Below, piece after piece: positions 18,682-28,343 of a DNA stretch of 64,000 nucleotides. A program made the translations under genes and the position numbers. Within the stretch, counting starts at the first letter, position 1; every line of letters begins with the position of its first letter. Origin of the DNA: a virus (lineage: Duplodnaviria; Caudoviricetes); the IMG/VR virus record IMGVR_UViG_3300047382_000771, positions 96,001 through 160,000 of that record, one strand, 5' to 3'. The notes beneath the pieces were generated by a model. It saw only the letters and a program-made list of their open reading frames with translations, was not told where the DNA came from and made no database searches.

Positions 18682-20004
18682 TTATTCTACCACTCCTAGT
18701 TGACCTATTAATGTTCCAGCTGGAAGGTTTTCTTTGATATCTGAATTAGATAATGTTATATCCGTAAAAGGCACATACCTTGCGGCATCCAACTCCACAA
18801 ACCCAGGCGAAAAACAAAATCCTTCATTCACAAAATCTCCTTTCTCGGATAAAAATATATTATTATCCCTCAAAGTATTATCTCTTTTTTCTGTATTAAA
18901 AAATATAGACATATTACTGACAAGTGTCGAAGGACTATCGGTTGTAACATCTATATGCATGCCTGTGTATTCAATACCATCGAAATATATTCTCTCGTTT
19001 TGCCTAAAATATGTTCCAGTTACTTTTGCATTATTAAAGTCTATAATTTCAATAGCGTAACTATCCAACATTTCATCTAAGCTCGAAGCGTCAAATATAG
19101 CTTTATTAAATGTCGCCATAGCTGCCTTAAATGACACTTGGTCTTTACAATACTTTTGGGTTATCTGTTGAGACAAACCCTGTAATGCAAAAAACTTATC
19201 ATAATCACTATCAGTAATATCAGAAAATATACCAGATGTTAATAAACAATTCTCGAATTCTAAATCCCCCAAAGGATTTTGATCTTCGCAAGAATAATAA
19301 CCTTCATAGTTCTGGTAATTAAGTAGTGGCTCTCTATCAAGCTTGTCGCAAACTAATTCCCCACTAACAATGAAATTTGTATCACAATTATTTGTTTCAC
19401 AATTAACAATAGGAAACCCTGGGAAAATACTAAACTTTGCATGCCATGCGTCTCCAGTCCTATTCTCCCAAGACCCTTCTCTCCCATCCTCTATTTCATT
19501 TCTTGACGGATGAAAAAATGTTGGTATCCTTAATCTTGTATAAGGAGCTATAGTGGCTGGCAAATAGTCCTCATCCACATTTCCTGTATTATATTCCTCT
19601 AACCCCTTATATGTTTGCTCGAAAATAGTAAACCTAACTGGGTCAGAATTAGTAAAGCCAGTTATAGTAATTGGCATATCGCAAACATTTACTATCTCCA
19701 AAGACTTACCATCAGCCGTTAAACCGACTGGTTCATTACAGGGGTATGTTATTTCTGAAGTTTCACAGTCGTCTAAATAAATAACCTGAGGCTGACCAGG
19801 AGCAACACCAGAAACACCATCGGTTAAAATAAGCTTATTATTATATGTTGCTTGCTTTAGGATCCAATCTTCATATGTAGGTGAAGATGGGTCAGTATCT
19901 TGTACATAATACAACCCTGTTTCCTGAAGTAGTCCACCGCAATTCGCATACTCAGTAATACCAGTGTAAGCGAAGTCGACGTTTTTGTCATTCAAGAAAC
20001 TCAT
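18682..20004 (-). CDS. virion protein with Ig-like domain, ending in the first strands of a cadherin domain
   Basis: IVNVCDMPITITGF Ig-like strand; C-terminus FTDITLSNSDIKENLPAGTLIGQLGVVE. Confidence 0.55.
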   Translation of the reverse strand: MSFLNDKNVDFAYTGITEYANCGGLLQETGLYYVQDTDPSSPTYEDWILKQATYNNKLILTDGVSGVAPGQPQVIYLDDCETSEITYPCNEPVGLTADGKSLEIVNVCDMPITITGFTNSDPVRFTIFEQTYKGLEEYNTGNVDEDYLPATIAPYTRLRIPTFFHPSRNEIEDGREGSWENRTGDAWHAKFSIFPGFPIVNCETNNCDTNFIVSGELVCDKLDREPLLNYQNYEGYYSCEDQNPLGDLEFENCLLTSGIFSDITDSDYDKFFALQGLSQQITQKYCKDQVSFKAAMATFNKAIFDASSLDEMLDSYAIEIIDFNNAKVTGTYFRQNERIYFDGIEYTGMHIDVTTDSPSTLVSNMSIFFNTEKRDNTLRDNNIFLSEKGDFVNEGFCFSPGFVELDAARYVPFTDITLSNSDIKENLPAGTLIGQLGVVE

Positions 20005-22796
20005 TGCTTCTTCATTGTTATATTTTTAAAATTAGAAGACACCCACAGGGTTGAGCTTGCTGGGTCACTAGCATCAGGCTCAACAGTATAGTCGGCTAGG
20101 TGAGCCCAAGTCTGCTGTGGTATGAGCCATCTTCCATGGGCTCCACTAAACGCCCCCACGATATCATTCATCTTGCCAGGGACATCCGTAAGTGTGGGGA
20201 AGTCAGCATTAGCTATATAAAATTGAAAACACGAATATGTGGTATTCGGGCTAGTGATTTGGTTTTTTCCTAAAAGGTCTGCCGCTTCAGGACTTAAGTC
20301 ATACTTAATCAACTTAGGATTTTCCCCAACTTTATCATTTATTTTTAAATGAGGTGGCGGAGGCTCCCCTGACTGATTTAAGGATAATAATTCTGGCCCC
20401 GATACTATGTACAGCTCTCCAGTTTGTGCATAATAAGTGAACTGGGCTTGATGATAATATGTGGTACTAGGTGCGGATGCTAATGTCGATGGGGTTGATG
20501 CATACGCATTTATATCTGCGAGGGATTCAGCACTTAAAGTTGCTATCACCGCAGTTCCATCTTCGTTCGTTACGTCGGGTGAAGCTGCAACCGAAGACCA
20601 AAAGCCACTAAGATTAAACTCTCCTGATGGAATGTTATGCTCAAGAATAACTTCCCCAACCATCACATCTTCAGTTGAACCTATAGTGTTTCCATCTTCA
20701 TCAACACCTGAGTTTGGGGTAGGATATCGAGGTAGTGTTAATTTAATTTCGCTCCCTGCTGGCAAATAGCCAGCTTCAGGCTCAATAATCCATGTTCCAT
20801 ATATAGGTAACTCCAGTGGCTCTTCCTCTTCTGGCTCATCTTCAAATTCTCCTGGCGTATAAGGCAAATACATTCCTATCCCATCTACAGACCTACCTGT
20901 GCTAGTAAATGGCATTTCACATGTTAAGTCGAAATGCATGTTAGCATAAGCCTGCATTTGATTCATTGTTTTATCTTTTCCATTAAAAACCATCTGAATT
21001 TTTTCGACGATAGCTTGATACCCTGGCTTGGTTGGCATGCTTTGATTCATTCTTACTCCAAAAAACAAATCTATTTCTTGCCCTCTCATTAATAAAGGTA
21101 AATGAGAATAATCACCCATATATCCATTTTCTTTAGATACGTTACCTATATTATAATCTATTATTTCTAACCCAGTTGTTTGTGATCTAAAAACCCTAAT
21201 TGGCATACCCCTTGATGCTACCCCTTGGTTTTTCACGCCCTTACTTTTTAGCCAATTATTAGCCCAACCTCCACCTACATTGTAAAGTACCCCACGTCTA
21301 TACACTTCATACTGTGTATTAAATGAATGCCAAAGTATATTGTAATTACTATTAATATCTTCCAGGTAATCTCTATTTAAAGGATCATTATAAAATTGGC
21401 CACCATTACCAGCTTCTAGATTTAAATTCAACCCACCTATTCTATCTGAAGGATCATCAAATGGAGTGGCTTCAAAAACCATTTGGTGATCGTCGGTAGA
21501 CTTTAAAAAAGTACCATCTTCTATACCCGCAGCCATATAACCATAACTAGTATTACCATTTCCTGGTTTCAAGAACTGCATGTTATGTAAATCATTACCC
21601 TTAAGTATCCCTTGTTTTAAAGTTTCAGTCCTCCATCTTGTAGCCCCCACATCTGGATCATTCCTACTTTCTTCTGGGGTTGGGTCTTCATCTAATTCGA
21701 AATTTACTATCGTGTTTAGTAGGTTAACTTCATGAGGTCCACAATTATGAAGTGTTATCGAATATAAATTCTCAAAACCAGTGTCATAACATAACCTATC
21801 AATCATGTTAACAACGCCAAGAATTCTCCTAAATTCCTTATCTGGGTTTTTTCCATCTGTCAGCTCTATATATCCTACGGGTAATTCTGGCCTTGCTTCG
21901 TAATCAAAAGCATATTTTTTAGCATCAGGAGAAATGCCTTTGCTTTTTGGGTCACCTACTCCGATAAAAAAAGAAGAAGTTTTTACTGGGTATTTATACC
22001 AGTCTTGTTTGTCTGCCCCAGAATATCTTGTTGGCAATTTTAAATGGGTACCTTCTATAGGTTCCTGATTTGATATAACAAAATCTCTTCTCAAATTTAT
22101 ATCTAAAGGTCTTCGGTATGAGTATATCCTATCATCTCTAGTTAACCCAAGTATGCCGTCAGCATTTCTACCAAAATCACTATAACCATCACCTATGTAA
22201 AATAAAAATCTTTTCTTTACCTGCCTGGCTCTTGGAGAGAAGAATAATTCATAGAAAGCTTTTCTTGTTGCATTAATATAATCCTTCCCGTCGCCTGGTG
22301 TTATTCCAGATTCAAGGTTCTTATACAAAGCATGCCTATCCATGTTTTGAGGGTAATCTAAAATAGAAGATATAACTTCGCAATCTTCCTTGCTGGATAT
22401 TTTTATAACACCAATATTTACATGTTGACCTTCTATCCTAACACTGAACCTTTTAAGCTCTCGAGGAGACATCGCATTCAAACCATCTGCATCAAGAAGA
22501 CCTCCTCCTGATGCAGCTCCCCATGGCGGTATATTTTCGTTGTAATCTATAGTCGGACAATCTATTTTATCTCCATAACCAAATGATTCTGTGCCAGGCA
22601 TAACGCTACAGTCGTGCAGTGTTGCAACTTTTTTTATAACATCTGTTATAATCTCAAGTCTAGTGAAAATCTTTACACCACCGCCTTCTACAGGAATGCG
22701 TATTTGGCTCGAAGACGAAGGTGATGAATCGACCAAAAAAATCAAATCTATCTGATTATCATGTACTTTGTACAACCTATCGTATTGCTTTTCCAT
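20001..22796 (-). CDS. von Willebrand factor A domain tail protein
   Basis: IDLIFLVDSSPS (DxSxS MIDAS), VNIGVIKIS, KKRFLFYIGDG. Confidence 0.72.
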   Translation of the reverse strand: MEKQYDRLYKVHDNQIDLIFLVDSSPSSSSQIRIPVEGGGVKIFTRLEIITDVIKKVATLHDCSVMPGTESFGYGDKIDCPTIDYNENIPPWGAASGGGLLDADGLNAMSPRELKRFSVRIEGQHVNIGVIKISSKEDCEVISSILDYPQNMDRHALYKNLESGITPGDGKDYINATRKAFYELFFSPRARQVKKRFLFYIGDGYSDFGRNADGILGLTRDDRIYSYRRPLDINLRRDFVISNQEPIEGTHLKLPTRYSGADKQDWYKYPVKTSSFFIGVGDPKSKGISPDAKKYAFDYEARPELPVGYIELTDGKNPDKEFRRILGVVNMIDRLCYDTGFENLYSITLHNCGPHEVNLLNTIVNFELDEDPTPEESRNDPDVGATRWRTETLKQGILKGNDLHNMQFLKPGNGNTSYGYMAAGIEDGTFLKSTDDHQMVFEATPFDDPSDRIGGLNLNLEAGNGGQFYNDPLNRDYLEDINSNYNILWHSFNTQYEVYRRGVLYNVGGGWANNWLKSKGVKNQGVASRGMPIRVFRSQTTGLEIIDYNIGNVSKENGYMGDYSHLPLLMRGQEIDLFFGVRMNQSMPTKPGYQAIVEKIQMVFNGKDKTMNQMQAYANMHFDLTCEMPFTSTGRSVDGIGMYLPYTPGEFEDEPEEEEPLELPIYGTWIIEPEAGYLPAGSEIKLTLPRYPTPNSGVDEDGNTIGSTEDVMVGEVILEHNIPSGEFNLSGFWSSVAASPDVTNEDGTAVIATLSAESLADINAYASTPSTLASAPSTTYYHQAQFTYYAQTGELYIVSGPELLSLNQSGEPPPPHLKINDKVGENPKLIKYDLSPEAADLLGKNQITSPNTTYSCFQFYIANADFPTLTDVPGKMNDIVGAFSGAHGRWLIPQQTWAHLADYTVEPDASDPASSTLWVSSNFKNITMKKQ

Positions 22797-25700
22797 TATT
22801 CAGTATATTCTATTAATATAGATCCTATGTGCTGCCAAGAATACTGAGCCCATTTTATCCTAGTGTCATATATCCCAAAAGATTTTAGATAAGTTCCAGC
22901 TTTAGGTAAAAACCCTAATTTAGATCCATCATTAAGAGATGGCCTAAGTTTCCATAGATCTGAAATAGTCATCTCTAACTGATCGTAATAACCTAAATCC
23001 CTCATATTTCTTTTTATAACATTATTCCAAAGTTTATTTCTGTAATCATCCCTCTCTACCCAAAAGTTATTATATATTATAAATGGCCCGATTTCATCCA
23101 TTATTAAATCACCCTCAAAGTTTTCCTTACTATACATCCTAACTCTTACACCTTTAGGGGCACCTATTGCATCAAGCAGCCCTTTACTAACGGATACTGG
23201 GTCTTCTGGTTCCCTTCTGTCTATCAGAACATTTTTAAGAACAAATTCTGCGGCTGGGAATCTACCTACTGGTAAAGAGTTTGTGAATTTTGACGAGTCT
23301 GACTTAAAGGGTTGTGCGAGGCAGTGATAATTATTTAATAAACCTCCGTATTGTTCCCTGGTAATAACTTGCCCTGCAGCATAACTATGCTTAAAGTCCC
23401 ACTGCTGGTCATGTATACCCACCCCAGAGAAAGTAACTTTTAATGGCTCAGACAATGTCACAGGTTCCCAGGGAATAAGTTTACTTTTATATAAATAATC
23501 TGGGGTTGTGAACGCAGCTTCCACCACGGAGGACAAAACACACATAGTGTTCAATGTAATGGGTTCGTAAAGCTCTGCCCCGAAACAACCAGATTGAATC
23601 CTTTGCCCTCCAAAACCAAACACTTCCTTAAGGTTTTCATTTATACCACTAACAGACTCAATGAAAGTGCAAGATATGGTGTTATTATTTTTGTATAAAA
23701 CAGTATGCTCCCAGCTAGGACAATAAAAAGTCGATGTATTCGGTGATGCTGGAGTCGTGTATGGGTTTAAATCTTTCGAGAAAGGCCTAGGCAGCTGAAA
23801 CCTGAACTTTTTGTAGCCTAAATGAGACTCCAGAAACTGAAGTATTTCCTTAGCTTCTCTGTCAGACCTTTGAGAAAACTCAATATTCACACTTACTAGA
23901 TTTTGATTTATACCTACTTTTGTGTATCTTTTATAAACCTGAGTAAACGCAGTCTCTTTATGTGTTGGAGTATTTTCAATACTAAAAGATATAGAAGGCA
24001 AAAAATCTAAAGACCTAACTTGCAAATAAGGATAAGACGCAAATTCGTTAGCATCATCTATATATATATTTCTCCTCCCTTTTACAGCTGGAACAATAAA
24101 ACTAAAGTTATCCTTGACTTGAAAGTTTTCTAATGGAGTTATCTTTAATTTATTAGACTTTGGGGTAATTTTAGAATCCAAAGTAATCCTCCTGTAATCC
24201 CTTAAGAATAATTCCCTAGCCCTAAAAGTCCCATCTTCGGATGTGGAGGCGGGTATTTCATCTATGTTTTCTGGAAAGAAAGTCTTACTAGTTAAACAGT
24301 CTTCAGGGCACCTTCCAAGTTTTATTATATTCCAGGGTATTTCATCAACAGTTAGATCTTCGTAGTCTACCACTAATTCTTCAGCAGGAAAAGAATCCGC
24401 AAAAATTCTATTTCTATCTGAGTCTGTTATCATTCCTTGTTCGGTTTTTTTGTTTGCTCCAGGATCCTCTACTATAGGCCACTCTATTAATTCAAAGGAT
24501 ACATTTTCAGATTCTAGATCAAATTCCCCCTCAAACAGATATTCTGTAGCACTTATTCTTTTTGTAATTTTTACTACTCCAACATTAAATATAGAATTCT
24601 CATTTGGTTCTGGGATGTCAATATTTAAACATTGACCTATATCTAGAACATAATCTTCCTTAAACTCAATCTTACCTGCTTCGAAATCTTTGCCTGGATC
24701 TTCTGGATATCTAGAAAGGGTTTTGATCATTTTCCTTATCTGAACATTCTCGGTTGTCTCCCTATCCCTGCCTTTATATTCTCCACCAGGCTCTTCCTCT
24801 ATTTCTGCGGATATTTCGAACATCCTCAAACTCAACTGTTTGCCTTTCTCAAATTGTATTGGTTCATCTATCGCAACGGGAACTAATGCATCAATTCTTT
24901 TATTAAATCCAAAATGACTGTCAGAACTATACAGTGTGCTAGATGTGTTACATATAAATGTAGCACTTACATTATTATCGTTTCTGTAATTTTTCTCTTG
25001 ACCAAAACTTAAGCAGGTGAAATCTAAATCACTTTTATATGGGTAACCAAAATGAAATTTAAATTTTTGCACATCTGAAGATAGTAGTCTCTCTCCTTTA
25101 TAGTCTAAGGAAAAGGCAGAATCATAAGGAAAATGTTTTTCCTGTAAAAAATGCATTATAGCCTTTGCTTCTCTATCTGTTCTGTTTTCGAACTTTAGCG
25201 AGCACTGCATCGGCATAGAATTTATACTTTTATTACCAACGTATTCGTATCCATCACCAAGCTTAAGAGCTTCGTTTATAGTGCCAAAAGACGCACTCGA
25301 TCCGTAGCTTGGTCTCCAGAAAAAATCTTGAGACCATAATTCTTCAACATTTAACTCTGGAAAAGAATTGTTTGGGTTTAGTTGGAAATTTGAAACATGA
25401 TCTTTCTTGCAATAAAAAAACGGACTTAGATTGGATACGCTTGGGTTCCTAAAATAAAAACCACCAGTAACCAACCCGCCAATAATTGCATACATCCTTG
25501 CATACCTTGCGTTCGCTGGTATAGTTCTTTGGTGAATGTCATGCTGCATATGGAAGTATTGAGTCAAATCAAACTCACTAGACGCCATAAATCTAAAATG
25601 GTCTCTGTAATTTATAGGTTGAATATATTCTGAATTTTGATCGTAATATTTTATTCCAATACCAACCCCAATCGATGTCTCAGGGTCTATGTCGTATTGA

Positions 25701-26092
25701 CCATCATGACCATGTGTATATGAGATGTGCTCTTTTTCCGAAATTAAAGTATTAAATATATCAGTAGTAGCAGTATCTTCAGAATTTTTTCTCACCATAC
25801 ATTTAACTGTATAGCTGTACTTAGGATTAATTGCGAAGTCTACCCCCATTTGTTTCTGAAGGCCTTCTTCTTTATTATCTATATTGATACTAGCCTCACC
25901 CTTATAGTCTAATCCAAGTATGTAATCGTTTTCTGCATCTATTATATTAACAATTGGTTGGGTCTCATCCGCTAAACCTATACCATCTAATGCTGGGTTT
26001 TCAGGAAACGCAAGATTACCTATGCTTACTATCTCATGAGCAAGGTATTCTCTTCCATTGGGATCCCATGGATTATTTACTGATATATCCAT
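22796..26092 (-). CDS. distal tail protein with two lambda gpM-like domains
   Basis: FFWRPSYG...LKLGDGYE...INS...LKFENRTDREAKAIMHFLQEKH and a second copy FLPS...GINQNL..VNIEFSQRSDREAKEILQFLESHLGYKKFRF...FYCPSW. Confidence 0.72.
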   Translation of the reverse strand: MDISVNNPWDPNGREYLAHEIVSIGNLAFPENPALDGIGLADETQPIVNIIDAENDYILGLDYKGEASINIDNKEEGLQKQMGVDFAINPKYSYTVKCMVRKNSEDTATTDIFNTLISEKEHISYTHGHDGQYDIDPETSIGVGIGIKYYDQNSEYIQPINYRDHFRFMASSEFDLTQYFHMQHDIHQRTIPANARYARMYAIIGGLVTGGFYFRNPSVSNLSPFFYCKKDHVSNFQLNPNNSFPELNVEELWSQDFFWRPSYGSSASFGTINEALKLGDGYEYVGNKSINSMPMQCSLKFENRTDREAKAIMHFLQEKHFPYDSAFSLDYKGERLLSSDVQKFKFHFGYPYKSDLDFTCLSFGQEKNYRNDNNVSATFICNTSSTLYSSDSHFGFNKRIDALVPVAIDEPIQFEKGKQLSLRMFEISAEIEEEPGGEYKGRDRETTENVQIRKMIKTLSRYPEDPGKDFEAGKIEFKEDYVLDIGQCLNIDIPEPNENSIFNVGVVKITKRISATEYLFEGEFDLESENVSFELIEWPIVEDPGANKKTEQGMITDSDRNRIFADSFPAEELVVDYEDLTVDEIPWNIIKLGRCPEDCLTSKTFFPENIDEIPASTSEDGTFRARELFLRDYRRITLDSKITPKSNKLKITPLENFQVKDNFSFIVPAVKGRRNIYIDDANEFASYPYLQVRSLDFLPSISFSIENTPTHKETAFTQVYKRYTKVGINQNLVSVNIEFSQRSDREAKEILQFLESHLGYKKFRFQLPRPFSKDLNPYTTPASPNTSTFYCPSWEHTVLYKNNNTISCTFIESVSGINENLKEVFGFGGQRIQSGCFGAELYEPITLNTMCVLSSVVEAAFTTPDYLYKSKLIPWEPVTLSEPLKVTFSGVGIHDQQWDFKHSYAAGQVITREQYGGLLNNYHCLAQPFKSDSSKFTNSLPVGRFPAAEFVLKNVLIDRREPEDPVSVSKGLLDAIGAPKGVRVRMYSKENFEGDLIMDEIGPFIIYNNFWVERDDYRNKLWNNVIKRNMRDLGYYDQLEMTISDLWKLRPSLNDGSKLGFLPKAGTYLKSFGIYDTRIKWAQYSWQHIGSILIEYTE

Positions 26093-27294
26093 TATCTATA
26101 GGATTGTTTTATACTCGCCCTTCCTTGCAAGTATCCACCGTCACCAACACTTATGGTGTCTTGTTCAACAACTCCATAACTTTGTAATTGTTCGGGTATG
26201 GGTTCTGGATAAACAAGATTACCTATTAATCTAAATTCTCCAAGCTCACCTCTATTGTTATCAGTAAAACCTGTTTCAAATCCAATATCAGAAAGCCTAA
26301 CGGTTAAGTCGGCTCTTTGTCCAGTTATCTTTAAGTATGGGTCTAATTTTTCACCCATTATATCTGCCGTGATATCTATGGAAGTTTTATTAACTCTTAC
26401 TGGTATTTCTCCATCATCCCCAATGTTTCCACTTTGAGGTATATGATATGTTGGATCCCTATCAACAGATATAGTATATGTAAAATCTAAAGGATACTCC
26501 ATACCTATATTTTCTATACCTTCTAGTTTAGTTCCTATTGAGTGAGGTACAGTCAACTGCTCTTTTCTATAGCAGTAGTAATCATTATCTATAATTGATT
26601 GAGCTTGCCCCGACACATACTCTAATGTGCCATATATATCTAAAGTTATTTGCGTCTCTATAGGTTCGTATGCTCTAGCATTAAATGACATTTCAGTTAT
26701 ATACGCATCATTAAAAGCATAATCACCAAGTACACCAGTTATTTTTCCTTCATTTACTTGGGGGTAGATCTCCTTATCAAGTAAACCAGTAATATCAAAA
26801 AAGCTATGTATATTCCCAGTATTCATGTAATAACTAACATTTAGTCTACCACGGACACCTTGTTCAGCTGCATAATGCCTAACAACATCAACTTCACCAA
26901 ACTCTATATCATTATAATAATTTAATAATGTATCCCCTGTTGATTGAACCTTTATATGGTAATCCCCAGGGAACATGTCCTGAGCAACAACCAAGCTTTG
27001 TTTAGATGGGTAAGAAATTTTCATTCCTTTTCTAATTACCTCAATAGACTCAGGCACTCTAATGCCAGGCCCCTCTTTAGGGCCGAGTAAAAATTCCTTC
27101 TCCTCTATGCCCTCAAACCTTATGTCTCCCGTCTGAAGAGCGAAAGATATCCTGTAGTCATCATCAAACTTTTTAGACTGAATACTTTGGGAAACTCCTA
27201 TACTAGCATTAGATGCAAATATAAATGTAGGCTCCCCACCCTCGTCCGCTAAAACAAGGGGTACATCTTCATATGCCAAAAAAGGTTTACTCAT
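26092..27294 (-). CDS. tail tube-fold-like protein (distant paralogue)
   Basis: Alternating beta pattern (ASNASIGVSQS, AYITEMSFNARA, FTYTISVDRDPTY) and position directly after the TMP. Confidence 0.4.
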   Translation of the reverse strand: MSKPFLAYEDVPLVLADEGGEPTFIFASNASIGVSQSIQSKKFDDDYRISFALQTGDIRFEGIEEKEFLLGPKEGPGIRVPESIEVIRKGMKISYPSKQSLVVAQDMFPGDYHIKVQSTGDTLLNYYNDIEFGEVDVVRHYAAEQGVRGRLNVSYYMNTGNIHSFFDITGLLDKEIYPQVNEGKITGVLGDYAFNDAYITEMSFNARAYEPIETQITLDIYGTLEYVSGQAQSIIDNDYYCYRKEQLTVPHSIGTKLEGIENIGMEYPLDFTYTISVDRDPTYHIPQSGNIGDDGEIPVRVNKTSIDITADIMGEKLDPYLKITGQRADLTVRLSDIGFETGFTDNNRGELGEFRLIGNLVYPEPIPEQLQSYGVVEQDTISVGDGGYLQGRASIKQSYR

Positions 27295-28343
27295 CTCTTA
27301 TTATAATAAGAATTATAGGTTAAATTTACAGTTAATCTTCCTTGAGCCGACGCACTAACTTGTTCAGCTACCATTCTGGCTTCCCTAACTATATAATCCT
27401 GAACTTTATTACCCAAGCAATCGTCAACCTTAATTGATATATCTTCCACTTTAGGCTTAATTAAATATTCCTTCATCCTGTGATATTCGTACTCATCTAC
27501 CTCAAGGGTAAAGTTAGTAGTTGTAACTATAGGCCAAACCACATCTACTTGTACGGGAGCACTTTTACCCACAACATAAATTGGGGTCAGATTAACATTA
27601 ACTGTATGTTGAAATGAAACCACCCTATCAGTTTTTGAACCAGCACACTCAATTCTTATGGAGCCTGGATCGGGCACTCTAATTTCTGGAAACGGATTAT
27701 CCCCAGAAGCATTATATGGTTGCTCTGGACCAGTTCCCTCAACAGCTATCCCAAAATCATTTTCTTGATCTATATAATCATATGGATCTTCAGAGTCTTC
27801 TGTTGCAAAGTAATCTGGGGCTCCACCTATATCGCCAAACACGGTTACGCTCGTCGATGTTTGTGGTATTTGATTCACGGCGCACGAAACACTATGAGAT
27901 GTCACATACCCATGATAAAAGCCAAAATATTCCTTACCGTGATGAATACTTCCAGTAAAAGGATTATCTCCAGTATAATCTAACATGAAGTCATCTCCAA
28001 CTAAAACTGAATTTATATTAAATTGTCCCTGCATTGGGGCATTAACCACCGCCAGGCTTTTAGGCAAGTCGCCTTGAGATGACATACAACTTTCATTAGT
28101 GGTTATCTTGAAACCATCTTCAGATAAAATAAAATCCTGCTTCTTGAAATACCCTCCCTGAGAAGAAGTTTCCCCTTCCATTTGGCCAACCAATTCATTG
28201 TAGTTGTGATTAACATGCCCCCAACCAATAACATTAATCGGTTTTTCGGATATCGAATAAGATCCGTCTACGCTTTGTATACCTGATAACTGAGTTCCGT
28301 CAACAAAAAACTTTTGTTCATGACCTAGGATAGTTTGCTTCAT
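27291..28343 (-). CDS. tail tube-fold-like protein (distant paralogue)
   Basis: LSGIQSVDGSYSISEKPINVIG, GYVTSHSVSCAVNQIP and VVSFQHTVNVNLTPIYVVG parallel segments of the tube paralogues at 47310-53437. Confidence 0.5.
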   Translation of the reverse strand: MKQTILGHEQKFFVDGTQLSGIQSVDGSYSISEKPINVIGWGHVNHNYNELVGQMEGETSSQGGYFKKQDFILSEDGFKITTNESCMSSQGDLPKSLAVVNAPMQGQFNINSVLVGDDFMLDYTGDNPFTGSIHHGKEYFGFYHGYVTSHSVSCAVNQIPQTSTSVTVFGDIGGAPDYFATEDSEDPYDYIDQENDFGIAVEGTGPEQPYNASGDNPFPEIRVPDPGSIRIECAGSKTDRVVSFQHTVNVNLTPIYVVGKSAPVQVDVVWPIVTTTNFTLEVDEYEYHRMKEYLIKPKVEDISIKVDDCLGNKVQDYIVREARMVAEQVSASAQGRLTVNLTYNSYYNKR

